Counted from the stretch's first letter, positions 8,942 through 19,383 are shown. The stretch: DNA of 64,000 nt from Candidatus Latescibacterota bacterium (GCA_965261395.1 OZ253462.1:2496001-2560000), one strand, 5' to 3'. Numbers and translations: made by a program. Notes: generated by a model from the sequence alone, not told the origin.

Positions 8942-9585
8942 ATCTTGATTCCCCAAGACAGAGTGGAAAACCTAGTCGTCTCTACGGAGAGACCCAGATT
9001 GCGCAAGTAGCCGACGGACGCATCAACGTACCAAAAAAACTCTTCTTCGATGACAGCCGCTGTAGCGTTGTCACCAATAGAACGATAGTGCTCAATCAAA
9101 ACCCGCTCCTCCTCTGCACTCTCCAACATTAGATCGCCAAATAGCGCACACCCCCCAGGCAATAGCCGCCGTACGAGCTGGTCAAACAGAAGTTCTTTCT
9201 CCTGCTGAGTGAGATGATGTACGACGTATGTACTAATCGCGACATCAAATGGTGGAGGATCGGCGTCGAAGTACTCCAGTATATCTGCTTGCACATACGA
9301 GATATGGGATGCGCCACGGAGCTTTTGTTTGGCAATCTTACTCATTTCTCCAGAGGCATCGACACAAATAAGAGAACGGCACGGCGGTAAGCGAGCGGTC
9401 AAATTTCCAGTCCCAGAACCGAACTCTACAACGGCCGAGTCCTCGGTGATACCAGCGTTCTGCGCGACCCAGTCGAGGACCTCGGTATAGCCCTCCCGGA
9501 TAGGGTCATCAGACCTAAGCACATCCCGATCATACGTGGCGGCGTCCTCGTCGTGATTGTAGATATCTACGTGGCTACTTCTCAT
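8908..9585 (-). CDS. Class I SAM-dependent methyltransferase
   Basis: VVEFGSGTG motif I, CVDASGEM, FDVAISTYVVHHL, LLPGG; start at 9585 or 9621. Confidence 0.85.
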   Translation of the reverse strand: MRSSHVDIYNHDEDAATYDRDVLRSDDPIREGYTEVLDWVAQNAGITEDSAVVEFGSGTGNLTARLPPCRSLICVDASGEMSKIAKQKLRGASHISYVQADILEYFDADPPPFDVAISTYVVHHLTQQEKELLFDQLVRRLLPGGCALFGDLMLESAEEERVLIEHYRSIGDNATAAVIEEEFFWYVDASVGYLRNLGLSVETTRFSTLSWGIKIHAGQPSISRG

Positions 9586-9875
9586 CTCATTTATCCTGTT
9601 CACAGCGTTTTTGAGTAACAATCAAAGACACCCTCCTGAAAGGGCGTAGTCTGTCAATGTTCCTCACATTTGGTCATTGAGCTTAACCTTAGTCGCGGAC
9701 GGGGAGAACGTCTCGTTCCACCTCCCGAACTTTACCGGGAAACGTTTGGCCTCTTACCCACATAACCGGCTGGCCTTTGCCAATTTTTTCTGGATCAAAC
9801 CATTCTGCTTGGGCGCTTAAGTAATGCGACACATAGCTGCGTCTAAATCGCTGGCTGTGGTTATTGGTGCTTTTG

Positions 9876-11060
9876 GGCTTTGGTGCATGAATTGGTGTTT
9901 TTTTCGGTTGATCGGTTGAATAAAAACAGGCTCCTCAGTAGATTGAGCACGACTTTCGCCAAAAAACCCATGCTTTCTCGTCCAAGGAACCTGTCATGGC
10001 CAACCTATCGTCTTGCCCCTCTTCCGTCAAGCCTGGTCGCTCGCCTCGCCGTCGCTCCAACGTCGTGTACCGGGTACGTAATTGGGCCGACTATGAGGCC
10101 GGGCTGCAACAGCGCGGTAGTCTGACGGTGTGGTTCACGCCCCAGGCCGTCGAAGCTTGGTATTATCAAGGGCCGCCTCAGCGGGGGGCGCAATATACCT
10201 TTTCGGAGGTCGCCATCCAAACGGCGTTGACGCTGCGTCTTTTGTATCACTTGCCCCTACGCCAAACCGAGGGGTTTGTCGCTTCGGTGTTGGCCCTGAT
10301 GGGCTTGGATCTGCGGGTGCCCGATCACACGACCCTGTCGCGCCGTCAGGCGGGTTTAGCCGTGGCGTGGCCGCCCCAGCGGGGAGACCAACCGATGCAC
10401 TTGGTGGTGGATTCGACCGGGCTGAAAGTGTATGGCGAAGGCGAATGGAAGGTGCGTCAGCACGGCTGGAGCAAGCGGCGCACGTGGCGCAAATTGCACC
10501 TCGGGGTTAATGAAGCCACCGGCGAGATCGTCGCGCAGACCTTGACGACGAATAGCCACGATGATGCGGGGCAGGTGGAGCCGTTGCTGGCACAGATCGA
10601 GGCCCCCGTGGAGGCGTTGGGCGGCGATGGGGCCTATGACAAACGCAAGGTGTTCAAGGCGTTGGCCGCGCCCGAGCAGGGGGCACCTATTCATCCGATC
10701 ATTCCGCCGCGCAAGGACGCCAAAATCGAGCAACATGGCAACACCAACGCCGAGCCGTTGCCCCGCGATGAGACGATTCGAGCCATCCGCAAACGGGGCC
10801 GTCGAGGTTGGAAACACGAGAGCGGCTATCATCGACGCTCGGTAGCCGAAACGCAGATAGGCCGCTACAAACAGATACTTGGTGACACCTTGCGCACCCG
10901 AACCCTAACCAACCAACAGACCGAAGCGCGGTTGGGCTGTGCCTTGCTCAACCGGATGCGGGCGTTGGCGAAACCTGAGTCCTATCCGCTAACCAAAAAA
11001 GCGTAAATCACACGCGAAAGAAGCCAACACGGCCCCGACCGGTTTTCATGCAACAAAGCC
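9876..11060 (+). mobile_element. IS5-family (IS903 group) insertion sequence
   Basis: 16-bp TIRs GGCTTTGGTGCATGAA (9876-9891) and TTCATGCAACAAAGCC (11045-11060), one mismatch; 9-bp TSD GTGCTTTTG at 9867-9875 and 11061-11069. Confidence 0.96.
9996..11006 (+). CDS. IS903-group DDE transposase
   Basis: RGSLTVWF, PDHTTLSRR, VDSTGLKVYGEGEW, WRKLHLGV, GDGAYD, GYHRRSVAET. Confidence 0.95.
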   Translation: MANLSSCPSSVKPGRSPRRRSNVVYRVRNWADYEAGLQQRGSLTVWFTPQAVEAWYYQGPPQRGAQYTFSEVAIQTALTLRLLYHLPLRQTEGFVASVLALMGLDLRVPDHTTLSRRQAGLAVAWPPQRGDQPMHLVVDSTGLKVYGEGEWKVRQHGWSKRRTWRKLHLGVNEATGEIVAQTLTTNSHDDAGQVEPLLAQIEAPVEALGGDGAYDKRKVFKALAAPEQGAPIHPIIPPRKDAKIEQHGNTNAEPLPRDETIRAIRKRGRRGWKHESGYHRRSVAETQIGRYKQILGDTLRTRTLTNQQTEARLGCALLNRMRALAKPESYPLTKKA

Positions 11061-11344
11061 GTGCTTTTGTGCAATAGGTGGGAGTGAAACCAGATGACCG
11101 CACCGGGTGGTACTTCCGCGGCAATGCCGTCCTCGTCGCGGACCAGGGCATTGCGGTCGATGTGGGCCATTGGCATTCTTCGCTTCCCCGCGACAATGTC
11201 TTCGGCCACTTGCCGCAGACGATCGTTTTCCTCGTCTGCAAAGACGTTGTCGCGGACAAAATATCCATCGCGCTCCCAACGCTGGATTTCGTCGGGGGTC
11301 ATGCGGAAGGCATTCATTGGGGTAAGTCTCCTAATAGTCCTGCT

Positions 11345-11373
11345 TTGACACGGGTTATAAATATATATAGTCT
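11345..11373 (+). promoter_or_regulatory. sigma70 promoter for the ABC exporter operon
   Basis: TTGACA-17 bp-TAGTCT in an AT-rich divergent intergenic region. Confidence 0.6.
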
Positions 11374-11405
11374 AAGTAGGTTATTAGCCGTCCACCAAAC
11401 AGCGC

Positions 11406-13151
11406 ATGACCCTCAATCCCTTCAAACCGTTCGCCACCTACCTCCGCCCCTATCGCTGGGCCTTAGTCGCCGGCCTAGCCTTTTTGTTGGGCGAACAGCT
11501 CATCTCCGTCTCTATCCCCCTCGTCCTCGAACGCGTCATTAACCAAGCCCGAGCCAGCCTAGATCAAGCCACACCGGACCTGACTTTTCTAACGCACTAC
11601 GCCGCCCTCATCGTCGTGCTCGGAGTAGCGCAGTGGTGCATGGCCTTTGGCATGCGCTGGCACTTGGCCGCCACCTCGTACCGCGTCGAGCGCGACCTCC
11701 GCCAGCGCTATTTCGCCCACCTGCTCACCTTGCCCTTGGGCTATTTCCAACAAGCCCGCACCGGCGATTTGATGGCGCGGGCGACCAACGACGTCGAGGC
11801 CGTGCAGCGCTACCTCAGCCACGGCTTCCGCATGTTCCTCAGCGCCCTGCTCGGCTTCAGCTTGAGCATGGTGGCCATGTGCCTGTACGACTGGCAACTG
11901 ACCCTCTACGCCTTGTTGCCGATGCCCGTTATGACCTTGATTTTACGCTTCGTGGGCAGCAGAGTGCGCCGGCGCTATCGCTTGGTCCAAGAACAATTTG
12001 CCGCCATTAGCACCTGCTTGCAGGAAAACCTCTCGGGCATGCGCGTGGTCAAGGCATTTGCCCGCCGCCTCGGCGAGATCGACCACTTCACCCGACTCAA
12101 CGACGAGTACGTCGAGCGCAACCGCCGCTTGATCTATCTCTACAGCACGTTTTTCCCCTTCACCTTCCTCATCAGCGGCCTGTCCATGGTGTTCATCTTG
12201 TGGCTGGGTGGCATCCGCGTCGTCGAAGGGGCGCTCACCCTAGGGGCCTTTGTCGCCTTCAATGCCTACTTGATCCGCATGAGCCGCCCGATGATGATGA
12301 TGGGCCGCATCGTCGATGAATACCAGCGCTCCATGGCTTCCATGCTGCGCATTGAGGCCGTGCTTAAAGAACAGCCCCAAGCCGACCACCACCAAGACGA
12401 CGACCTAGCGATCAAAGGCGAAATCGAATTCCGCCGCGCCTCCTTTGCGTACAATGGCCAAGCCGTGCTGCGCGATATAGATGTTCACATTCCGGCCGGC
12501 AGCACCCTGGCCATCGTCGGCCGGGTCGGTTCGGGCAAGAGCACCCTGGCCCGGCTCATCCCCCGGCTCATCCAAGCTGGCGAGGGCCAAATTTTCATCG
12601 ACGGCAAACCCATTGAGCAAATGCCACTGCGCGCCTTCCGCGACGCCATCGGCTACGTGCCGCAGGACACCTTCCTGTTCTCCGAGAGCATCTGCGACAA
12701 TATCGCCCTCGACTTGGCCGCCTCGGACGAAGTCGAACGCGCCATTGAGGTGGCCCAACTAGCCGCGGATCTCAAGACCTTTCCCCAAGGGTTGGAAACC
12801 ATCGTCGGCGAGCGCGGCGTCACTTTGTCGGGCGGCCAGAAGCAGCGCACGGCCCTGGCCCGTTCGGTGGTGCGGCAACCGAAAATTCTCATCCTCGACG
12901 ACGCCTTAGCCAGCGTCGATACCCGCACCGAAGAGCAAATCCTCAAGCGCCTGCGCGACATCATGGTCGAGCGCACCACCATCCTCATTGCCCATCGCAT
13001 CTCCACCGTCATGGCCGCAGATCACATCATCGTGCTCGACGAAGGGCACATCATCGAAGAGGGCACCCACGACCAATTGCTCGAACGCGATGGACTCTAC
13101 GCCGATATGTATCGCCGCCAGCACCTCACCGAGGAATTGAGCGACCTCTAA
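11406..13151 (+). CDS. ABC exporter, fused permease/ATPase (MdlA-like)
   Basis: TMD with TGDLMARATND; GRVGSGKST; LSGGQKQR; degenerate Walker B ILDDA. Confidence 0.93.
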   Translation: MTLNPFKPFATYLRPYRWALVAGLAFLLGEQLISVSIPLVLERVINQARASLDQATPDLTFLTHYAALIVVLGVAQWCMAFGMRWHLAATSYRVERDLRQRYFAHLLTLPLGYFQQARTGDLMARATNDVEAVQRYLSHGFRMFLSALLGFSLSMVAMCLYDWQLTLYALLPMPVMTLILRFVGSRVRRRYRLVQEQFAAISTCLQENLSGMRVVKAFARRLGEIDHFTRLNDEYVERNRRLIYLYSTFFPFTFLISGLSMVFILWLGGIRVVEGALTLGAFVAFNAYLIRMSRPMMMMGRIVDEYQRSMASMLRIEAVLKEQPQADHHQDDDLAIKGEIEFRRASFAYNGQAVLRDIDVHIPAGSTLAIVGRVGSGKSTLARLIPRLIQAGEGQIFIDGKPIEQMPLRAFRDAIGYVPQDTFLFSESICDNIALDLAASDEVERAIEVAQLAADLKTFPQGLETIVGERGVTLSGGQKQRTALARSVVRQPKILILDDALASVDTRTEEQILKRLRDIMVERTTILIAHRISTVMAADHIIVLDEGHIIEEGTHDQLLERDGLYADMYRRQHLTEELSDL

Positions 13152-14929
13152 TGCCGCCGACCATCCGCGACGAGCAAGAAATAGACAAAAAGTCCATTGA
13201 CTTGCGCCTAATGGCTAGGCTGTTGGGTTTTTTGCGGCCTTATTTGCCTTGGGCCGTCTCGACTTTATTGCTCATCCTCGCTGCCTCGCTGGCCCGTCAA
13301 GCCGGTCCCGTGCTGACCAAAATAGCCGTTGACGAGCATATCGTGCCCGGCGATCTGGATGGCCTCGGAAAACTCGTCCTGCTCTTTGCCGCGCTGTTGG
13401 TGGCCCAATTCGCCATCGGCTACGCCCAGAGCTGGATCACCAGCATGGTCGGCCAGTGGACCATGCGCGACGTGCGGCTCGACATTTTCACCTGCCTACA
13501 GCGCCTGCCGCTCAAATTCTTCGACCGCACTCCCATCGGCCGGCTGATGGCCCGCAATACCAGCGATGTCGATGCGCTCAACGAATTCTTCACCTACGGC
13601 GCGGTCTCCCTAGTGACCGAAGCCGTCACCATCGCCTCTATCCTGTTTTACATCTTCTACTATCTCGACGTCAAACTGGGTCTGATCACCATCGCCTTTT
13701 TGCCTGTGGCCTTTGCCGCCACCCTGTGGCTGCAAAACCGCACCTACCACGCCTTCCGCCAAGCCCGCAGCCACTTTGCTCGTTTCAGCGCCGATTTGCA
13801 GGAAACCTTGTCGGGTATAGAAGTAGTAAAACTGTTCAACTGCGAGCCGCGCAGTGCCCGCCGCTTTAACCAAGGCACTGACGAATACCTCGACGCCCGC
13901 TTGGTGCGCACTCTGTACCACTCAGCCTACTTCCCCTTTATGGAATTGTGCGGTGCCGCGCTGATGGCGCTGGTGCTGTGGTACGGCGTCGGCCAAGTGT
14001 TGCGCGAGGAAATCGCCTGGGGCGTTTTGGTGGCCATGCTGCAATACGTGCCCCGCTTCTTCATGCCCATCCGCAACCTCGCCGAGGAATACGCTACCGT
14101 GCAGGTGGCCATGGCCTCTTCCGAGCGCATCTTCGAACTAATTGACGCCGAGCCAGAGCCGGTCGGCGGTCCCGTGCGTCGGGAGCGCGTCGCGGGGGCC
14201 ATCGAATTCCGCCACGTGTGGTTTGCTTATGAAGAAGAAGAATGGGTCCTGCGCGACGTTTCCTTCTGCGTTGCGCCGGGCCAGAGCCTAGCGCTAGTCG
14301 GGGCCACTGGCTCGGGCAAGACTACTATAGTCAGCTTGCTGTGCCGCTTTTACGAGATTCAACGGGGGCAGATCTTGGTTGATGGAATCGACATCCGCGA
14401 GTGGGATATAGAAGCGCTGCGGCGGCGCTTCGGTTTGGTGCAGCAGGACGTCTTTCTCTTTGCCGGCGACATTGCCAGCAACATCCGCCTCGGTGCTCCC
14501 GAGCTGTCGGATGAGGCAGTCGCGCAGACGGCCCGCTATGTCAACGCCGACCGCTTTATCGACCGCCTGCCCGATACCTACCAGCACGAGGTGCAGGAGC
14601 GCGGCGCGACCCTGTCTGCGGGTCAGCGCCAACTCTTGTCCTTTGCCCGCGCCCTAGCCGCGGACCCGGACATTTTGGTGCTGGACGAAGCCACCGCCCA
14701 CATCGACACCGAGACCGAAGGCTGGATCCAAGAGGCCGTGGAAAAACTGATGCGCGACCGCACCTCCATCGTCATTGCCCACCGCCTGTCCACCATCCGC
14801 AGCGCCGACAAAATCCTCGTGCTGCACCGAGGCGAGTTGCGCGAAGAAGGCCGTCACGAAGAACTGCTGGCCCAAGACGGCATCTACGCCCGCCTGCATC
14901 AATTGCAATACAACGACGCCCTCGCCTAG
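13151..14929 (+). CDS. ABC exporter, fused permease/ATPase (MdlB-like heterodimer partner)
   Basis: GATGSGKTT; LSAGQRQL; VLDEAT; AHRLST; TAATG coupling to the previous gene. Confidence 0.93.
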   Translation: MPPTIRDEQEIDKKSIDLRLMARLLGFLRPYLPWAVSTLLLILAASLARQAGPVLTKIAVDEHIVPGDLDGLGKLVLLFAALLVAQFAIGYAQSWITSMVGQWTMRDVRLDIFTCLQRLPLKFFDRTPIGRLMARNTSDVDALNEFFTYGAVSLVTEAVTIASILFYIFYYLDVKLGLITIAFLPVAFAATLWLQNRTYHAFRQARSHFARFSADLQETLSGIEVVKLFNCEPRSARRFNQGTDEYLDARLVRTLYHSAYFPFMELCGAALMALVLWYGVGQVLREEIAWGVLVAMLQYVPRFFMPIRNLAEEYATVQVAMASSERIFELIDAEPEPVGGPVRRERVAGAIEFRHVWFAYEEEEWVLRDVSFCVAPGQSLALVGATGSGKTTIVSLLCRFYEIQRGQILVDGIDIREWDIEALRRRFGLVQQDVFLFAGDIASNIRLGAPELSDEAVAQTARYVNADRFIDRLPDTYQHEVQERGATLSAGQRQLLSFARALAADPDILVLDEATAHIDTETEGWIQEAVEKLMRDRTSIVIAHRLSTIRSADKILVLHRGELREEGRHEELLAQDGIYARLHQLQYNDALA

Positions 14930-14975
14930 CGAACACAACAACCGCAAAACCTAGCCGCCAACAAGAAAAAAACCT

Positions 14976-15485
14976 ATGGCCACTTACTATCCCTCCATCA
15001 CCGACGACCAAGCCGCGCTGATCCGCAACGCGCCGTTGTTCTTCGTCGCCTCCGCCGATCCCGCGCTCGCGCCCGGTCCCGAAGGCATCGGCCCGGTCAA
15101 TCTCTCGCCCAAAGGTGGCGTGCCGCTACACATAATTGATCCCAACCGAGTGGCCTTCCTCGACTACTTGGGCAGCGGCAACGAAACAGCGCGGCACGCA
15201 ACGGCCGGCGGCCCGGTCACTGTCATGGTCTGTTCTTTTGCAGGAGAAGACGCCGGCATCATCCGCCTCTACGGCAAAGCCACGGTCACCCCACTCGAAG
15301 AATCGCCCCACGCCGCATTGCTACTGCAAACGGAGTCCGAACACCTGCGCACCAAACGCCATGTAATCGAAGTTGAAGTTGAACTGACCGGCACTAGTTG
15401 CGGCTACGGTGTCCCGGTAATGGAATTAGTGCGCGAGCGCCGCGTCGAAGATCGGGGCCGCCGCTACAAGGATCGCAAAAAATAA
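14976..15485 (+). CDS. Pyridoxamine 5'-phosphate oxidase-like FMN-binding protein
   Basis: FFVASA, VNLSPKG, LDYLGSGNETARH, TSCGYGVP. Confidence 0.85.
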   Translation: MATYYPSITDDQAALIRNAPLFFVASADPALAPGPEGIGPVNLSPKGGVPLHIIDPNRVAFLDYLGSGNETARHATAGGPVTVMVCSFAGEDAGIIRLYGKATVTPLEESPHAALLLQTESEHLRTKRHVIEVEVELTGTSCGYGVPVMELVRERRVEDRGRRYKDRKK

Positions 15486-15517
15486 ACCGACGCGGCTAGA
15501 AGAGTCCTAGGGCATAT

Positions 15518-16150
15518 TCACTGACAGCGATAGTGCTTCAAGCCCAGCAACGACAAACACCTCTGCGTCAGCTCATCCACGCTAGCTGCACTTACGTCCA
15601 CACTGACCAGCCCATGCTGCCTAATTGCATCCATCATCTGCGCATTGTAGAGCAGGCTGCGTTCCAGAAACTTATCCACCATCCTTCTTTCGCGCTGGGA
15701 CTTGGTCCGATACTGACTTGCAGCGCGAATCCTCTGCTCAAAGACGGCGTCACTGGCTGTAAGCCAAACAGCAGCGAGGTTGGCAACATCTAGGGTCGCT
15801 ACAAACTCTGGCCACAGAGCAGATCCCTCCACTATTATCCGCTCCTTGGAGGTATCGGTCGCCGTCGCGGTGACGATCGCCTCAACTTGCGGCCAAACAT
15901 TGACCTTGTAGTGATGAAGTACGTCCTCAATCAATTCGTGCACCGACAGCGAGAGATAGTGCTCGGCTACGTGGTCGGGCACCTGCTGCGGCTCCGGTTG
16001 CCATGGCCGACCGGGGTGGCGGGCGAGTTTGTCCGTGGAGATTTGGTTCCACCCCAGCTTTGCTGCCAGCGAATCGGCCAAGGTCGATTTTCCGACGTGG
16101 GATGAGCCGCCGATCAGGATCACTCTCAAGTCAGCAGGTACTTTGGGCAT
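15518..16150 (-). CDS. P-loop kinase-like protein
   Basis: ILIGGSSHVGKST Walker A; ISTD; IIVEG. Confidence 0.75.
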   Translation of the reverse strand: MPKVPADLRVILIGGSSHVGKSTLADSLAAKLGWNQISTDKLARHPGRPWQPEPQQVPDHVAEHYLSLSVHELIEDVLHHYKVNVWPQVEAIVTATATDTSKERIIVEGSALWPEFVATLDVANLAAVWLTASDAVFEQRIRAASQYRTKSQRERRMVDKFLERSLLYNAQMMDAIRQHGLVSVDVSAASVDELTQRCLSLLGLKHYRCQ

Positions 16151-16159
16151 TCGCGTTGT

Positions 16160-16960
16160 TCAGTCCAAGACCATGCCGCCGCTGACGTTTATCGTCTGGC
16201 CGGTGACGTTGCGCGCCTCCTCAGAAGCGAGGAAGGCGACCATGTTGCCGATGTCCTCAGGCGACTGTTCCCGCTGCATCGGCGTCGAGTTGGCGATGAA
16301 CAGGTCGAACACCTCGCGGGCGCTTTTGCCGGCATAGGCGGGATCTACCTCGGCGATCTTCGGCGCCAGCGTGTGCCAGAAGTTGGTCCACACAAACCCG
16401 GGGCATACGGCGTTTACGGTGATGTTGTGCGGCCCCAGGTCCTTGGCGGTCAGCCGCGTCAGGCTGAGCATCGCGTTCTTGGCGGCCGCGTAGGCCGGCA
16501 GGAAGGTCGGGTCGCGTTTGGCGGCCGCGGAAGAGATGTTGATGATCTTGCCGTAGCGGCGCTCGATCATGTGCGGGGCGATCGCCTTGCAGAGGAAGAA
16601 GGGGCCCTTGACGTGTATGTCGTAGTTACTGTCCCACTCCTCGCCGGTGAAGTTGGTGAACGGGGCGCCGACGATGGTGCCGAAGTGGCCGGCATTGTTG
16701 ACGAGGATATCGATGGCACCGAAGCGCTCGATCGCCTGCGCGACGAGGTCCTGGCAGGCGGATTCATCCGTTATGTCGGCGGTGATGGCGACCGCGGCGG
16801 CCCCTTCGCTCGCGAGCTGGTCGGCGGTGGCCTGCGCCCTGTCGCCGTCGATGTCGGTCGCCACGATGGCCGCCCCTTCGCGCGTCAGGCATTTCGATAT
16901 GCCGAGGCCCATGCCGCCCCCGGCACCGGTGACGATGGCTGTCCTGTCTTTGAGTCGCAT
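16160..16960 (-). CDS. SDR-family NAD(P)-dependent oxidoreductase
   Basis: TGAGGGMG, DILVNNAG, YAAAK, TGQTINVSGG. Confidence 0.95.
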   Translation of the reverse strand: MRLKDRTAIVTGAGGGMGLGISKCLTREGAAIVATDIDGDRAQATADQLASEGAAAVAITADITDESACQDLVAQAIERFGAIDILVNNAGHFGTIVGAPFTNFTGEEWDSNYDIHVKGPFFLCKAIAPHMIERRYGKIINISSAAAKRDPTFLPAYAAAKNAMLSLTRLTAKDLGPHNITVNAVCPGFVWTNFWHTLAPKIAEVDPAYAGKSAREVFDLFIANSTPMQREQSPEDIGNMVAFLASEEARNVTGQTINVSGGMVLD

Positions 16961-17094
16961 GCTGGTCTCCCTTAGGTTTTTTGGAATGTATTAGAAAAAA
17001 TAAAGGCGGAATGAAGATCACCGCGCCGTGTACCCGACCCTCGGAGGTTGCGGCGTGCGCGTCTGAGAGTTGATGTCCCTACTGAGGGCGGCGG

Positions 17095-18075
17095 TCAGAC
17101 GTCCAGGACGCGATCCTGGCCGGCCGAGGCCTCGTCGAGACGGGCCCGGTCCTCCGCGGTGATCGACCAACCCACGGCACCGACGTTCTCCTCCATGTGG
17201 GCGGCCGTATCGCCGCCGGTGATGGCGGCCGTCACCTCGGGGTGGGAGAGCACCCAGTTGATCGCCGTCTGCGCCACGGTGCGGCCATGGGCGGCCGCGA
17301 TCTGCCGCAGGAGGGCCAGGGTGCGGCGCGCCGCCTCGTTGAGGTCCTGCTCCAGGTCGCCGGTGCGCTGGGTGGCGTAAAGGGTGCCGTCCGGCGGCGG
17401 CTCTCCGGGGGTATACGCGCCGGAGAGCAGGCCCACGCCGAGGGGACTGTAAGTCATGACCCCAAAGCCCTGGTCGCGCTGCGCCGGCCACATCTCACGC
17501 TCCAGTTCCCGGTTGAGGAGGTTGTAGGGGTTCTGGATGCAGAGCAGGGGATCGAGTCCGAGGCGGTCCTGCGTCCACAGCGCCTTGAGCACCTGCCAAG
17601 CCTGGAAGTTGGAGACGCCCACGTAGCGTGTCTTGCCGGCGCGCACCACGTCGTCGAGGGCGCGCAGCGTCTCCTCGAGGGGGGTCTCGTCGTCGTACAT
17701 GTGCAGGATGTAGACGTCGATGTGATCCGTCTCGAGGCGGGCCAAGGTGCGGTCAATCTCCCGCAGGATGTGATAGCGCGACAGACCGGCGTCGTTGGGC
17801 CCACCGCCGACGCGGCTGGCCACCTTCGAGGTGACCACGAGGTCGTCGCGGTGACGCCTGAGGACGCGCGCCAGGACCTGCTCCGACGTGCCGCGGGTCT
17901 CGTACACGTCCCCGAAGCCGTAGATGTTGGCGCAGTCGATGAAGTTGATCCCCAACTCGACGGCCCGCTCGATGGCACGCTCGGCCTCGCCGGCGTCCTC
18001 CTGTCCGCGCAGGCCCAGGCCGTAGGCCAGGCGCGACACCTTCAGGCCGGAACGGCCGAACTTGACGTATTCCAT
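17095..18075 (-). CDS. Aldo/keto reductase
   Basis: GRSGLKVSRL, GINFIDCANIYG, LETDHIDVYILH, GKTRYVGVSNF, QNPYNLL. Confidence 0.95.
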   Translation of the reverse strand: MEYVKFGRSGLKVSRLAYGLGLRGQEDAGEAERAIERAVELGINFIDCANIYGFGDVYETRGTSEQVLARVLRRHRDDLVVTSKVASRVGGGPNDAGLSRYHILREIDRTLARLETDHIDVYILHMYDDETPLEETLRALDDVVRAGKTRYVGVSNFQAWQVLKALWTQDRLGLDPLLCIQNPYNLLNRELEREMWPAQRDQGFGVMTYSPLGVGLLSGAYTPGEPPPDGTLYATQRTGDLEQDLNEAARRTLALLRQIAAAHGRTVAQTAINWVLSHPEVTAAITGGDTAAHMEENVGAVGWSITAEDRARLDEASAGQDRVLDV

Positions 18076-18082
18076 GCTCTCT

Positions 18083-18157
18083 CACTTCCGCTTTATACAA
18101 CCCGATGATGGTCTCGGCCAGCGCATTATAGTAGGAATCACCGACACTTCCCACGCT
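18083..18157 (-). pseudogene. IS3-family transposase remnant (~25 codons)
   Basis: SVGSVGDSYYNALAETIIGLYKAEV matches the IS3-family GDSYDNALAE...GLYKxE region around the catalytic Glu. Confidence 0.8.
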
Positions 18158-18375
18158 CGCTAACTTCTGGGAAATATCTATTTTGTTTTAACCTAGCTCC
18201 AAATTTCTCAAGAAATGGAGTCTCCGGCAAATCCGGGGCGATTCACAGATTTGCCGTTCTTAGGATCATCACTCCGTGACAATCCACGTCTCTTGAGGAT
18301 CGAAATGGGCATAAACGTCGCCGGCAAGGATTCGCTGCGGCGGGAATTAAACTCAAAAACGGGAGCGGCAGCACA

Positions 18376-19383
18376 ATGCCGAAACAGCGAATAGCGATTG
18401 TGGGAGCCGGGAACATGGCCCGAGCACGGGGCAGGGCGTTCCTGGACACTGGCCGGGCGGAAATCTGCGGCGTCGCCGCCCGGCGCGCACAGCGTGCTGC
18501 AAGCTGCGCGGCTGAGTTGGGGTGCGACGTTTTCTGCGATGACTTTCGCCGATTGGGGGAGGCCGGACCGGACGCGATCCTAATCGAGGTTCCGCATCGC
18601 GTTCAGGATGAGGTCTCCATTTGGGCATTGGATGCCGGTTACGACCTCCTCGTGGGCGGATGTCTAGCTTCGAGTATGGAAAATGGGCACCAGATCGCAG
18701 AAATGGCGGCCCGGAACAGTCGGATTGTGGAGGCCGGGTTCCAGCGCCGTTACGACCCTGCCTATGAGGAGATCCGGCGTCTGGTGGCGGGAAGGGAACT
18801 GGGGGCGCCGGTGATGGCCGCGACCATGGCCCTGTGGAACCCGGACCCGGACGGGTGGTACTATGACCAGGAGGCGAGTGGGGGGATGCCGCTGACCCAC
18901 ATGAGTTACTGCTATCTCAATGCCATCCGCTGGATTCTCGGCAGGCCGACCACCGTGTCCGCGATGGCCAATCGGATGCGAAATACGGCTCCCGGTCGCG
19001 TAGTGGAGGAGACATGCGGGGCCCTGATCGGATTTGAAAACGGTGCCTTCGCTGCGGCCACGGCCAGTTATATCGGCCCGGAGGGCATGCCCGATCCACA
19101 GCCGCGATTTGTCTGCGCCGAGGGCGGAATCCTGCCCAATGCCGACAGCCCGCCCGGCAAGGATTCCATTACCGTTTTTCATCGGGGCAATTCCGAAGTT
19201 CGCACTTTTGCGAACGAGCCGTCTCCGCTTGTCCGGCAGGCAGCCGCCTTTCTCGATGCCATAGAGGGCCGCCGTGAGGCCCGCAATCCTCCAGCAGATG
19301 CCCTGCTGGATGTCGAAATTGCCGCAGCCGTCTCGGTTTCGGCCAGGGAACACAGGACGGTCTCGCTGGCCGAAATGCGGTAG
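18376..19383 (+). CDS. Gfo/Idh/MocA-family oxidoreductase
   Basis: IAIVGAGNM Rossmann start; AGFQRRYDP; WYYDQEASGG. Confidence 0.88.
   Translation: MPKQRIAIVGAGNMARARGRAFLDTGRAEICGVAARRAQRAASCAAELGCDVFCDDFRRLGEAGPDAILIEVPHRVQDEVSIWALDAGYDLLVGGCLASSMENGHQIAEMAARNSRIVEAGFQRRYDPAYEEIRRLVAGRELGAPVMAATMALWNPDPDGWYYDQEASGGMPLTHMSYCYLNAIRWILGRPTTVSAMANRMRNTAPGRVVEETCGALIGFENGAFAAATASYIGPEGMPDPQPRFVCAEGGILPNADSPPGKDSITVFHRGNSEVRTFANEPSPLVRQAAAFLDAIEGRREARNPPADALLDVEIAAAVSVSAREHRTVSLAEMR

Larger units (their letters stand above)
9689..11317 (-). pseudogene. PhyH-family dioxygenase pseudogene, IS-interrupted and internally deleted
   Basis: 5' part MTPDEIQRWERDGYF...PGAVIWFHSHLLHKST (11317-11061) continues in frame past the IS as NNHSQRFRRSYVSHY...PVRD* (9866-9689); rebuilt ORF is only 144 aa and lacks the HxD motif. 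Confidence 0.88.

Noticed and set aside
18197-18256. Two small inverted repeats upstream of the Gfo/Idh/MocA gene
   Set aside because: Short, no U-tract, and no recognisable RNA family or operator
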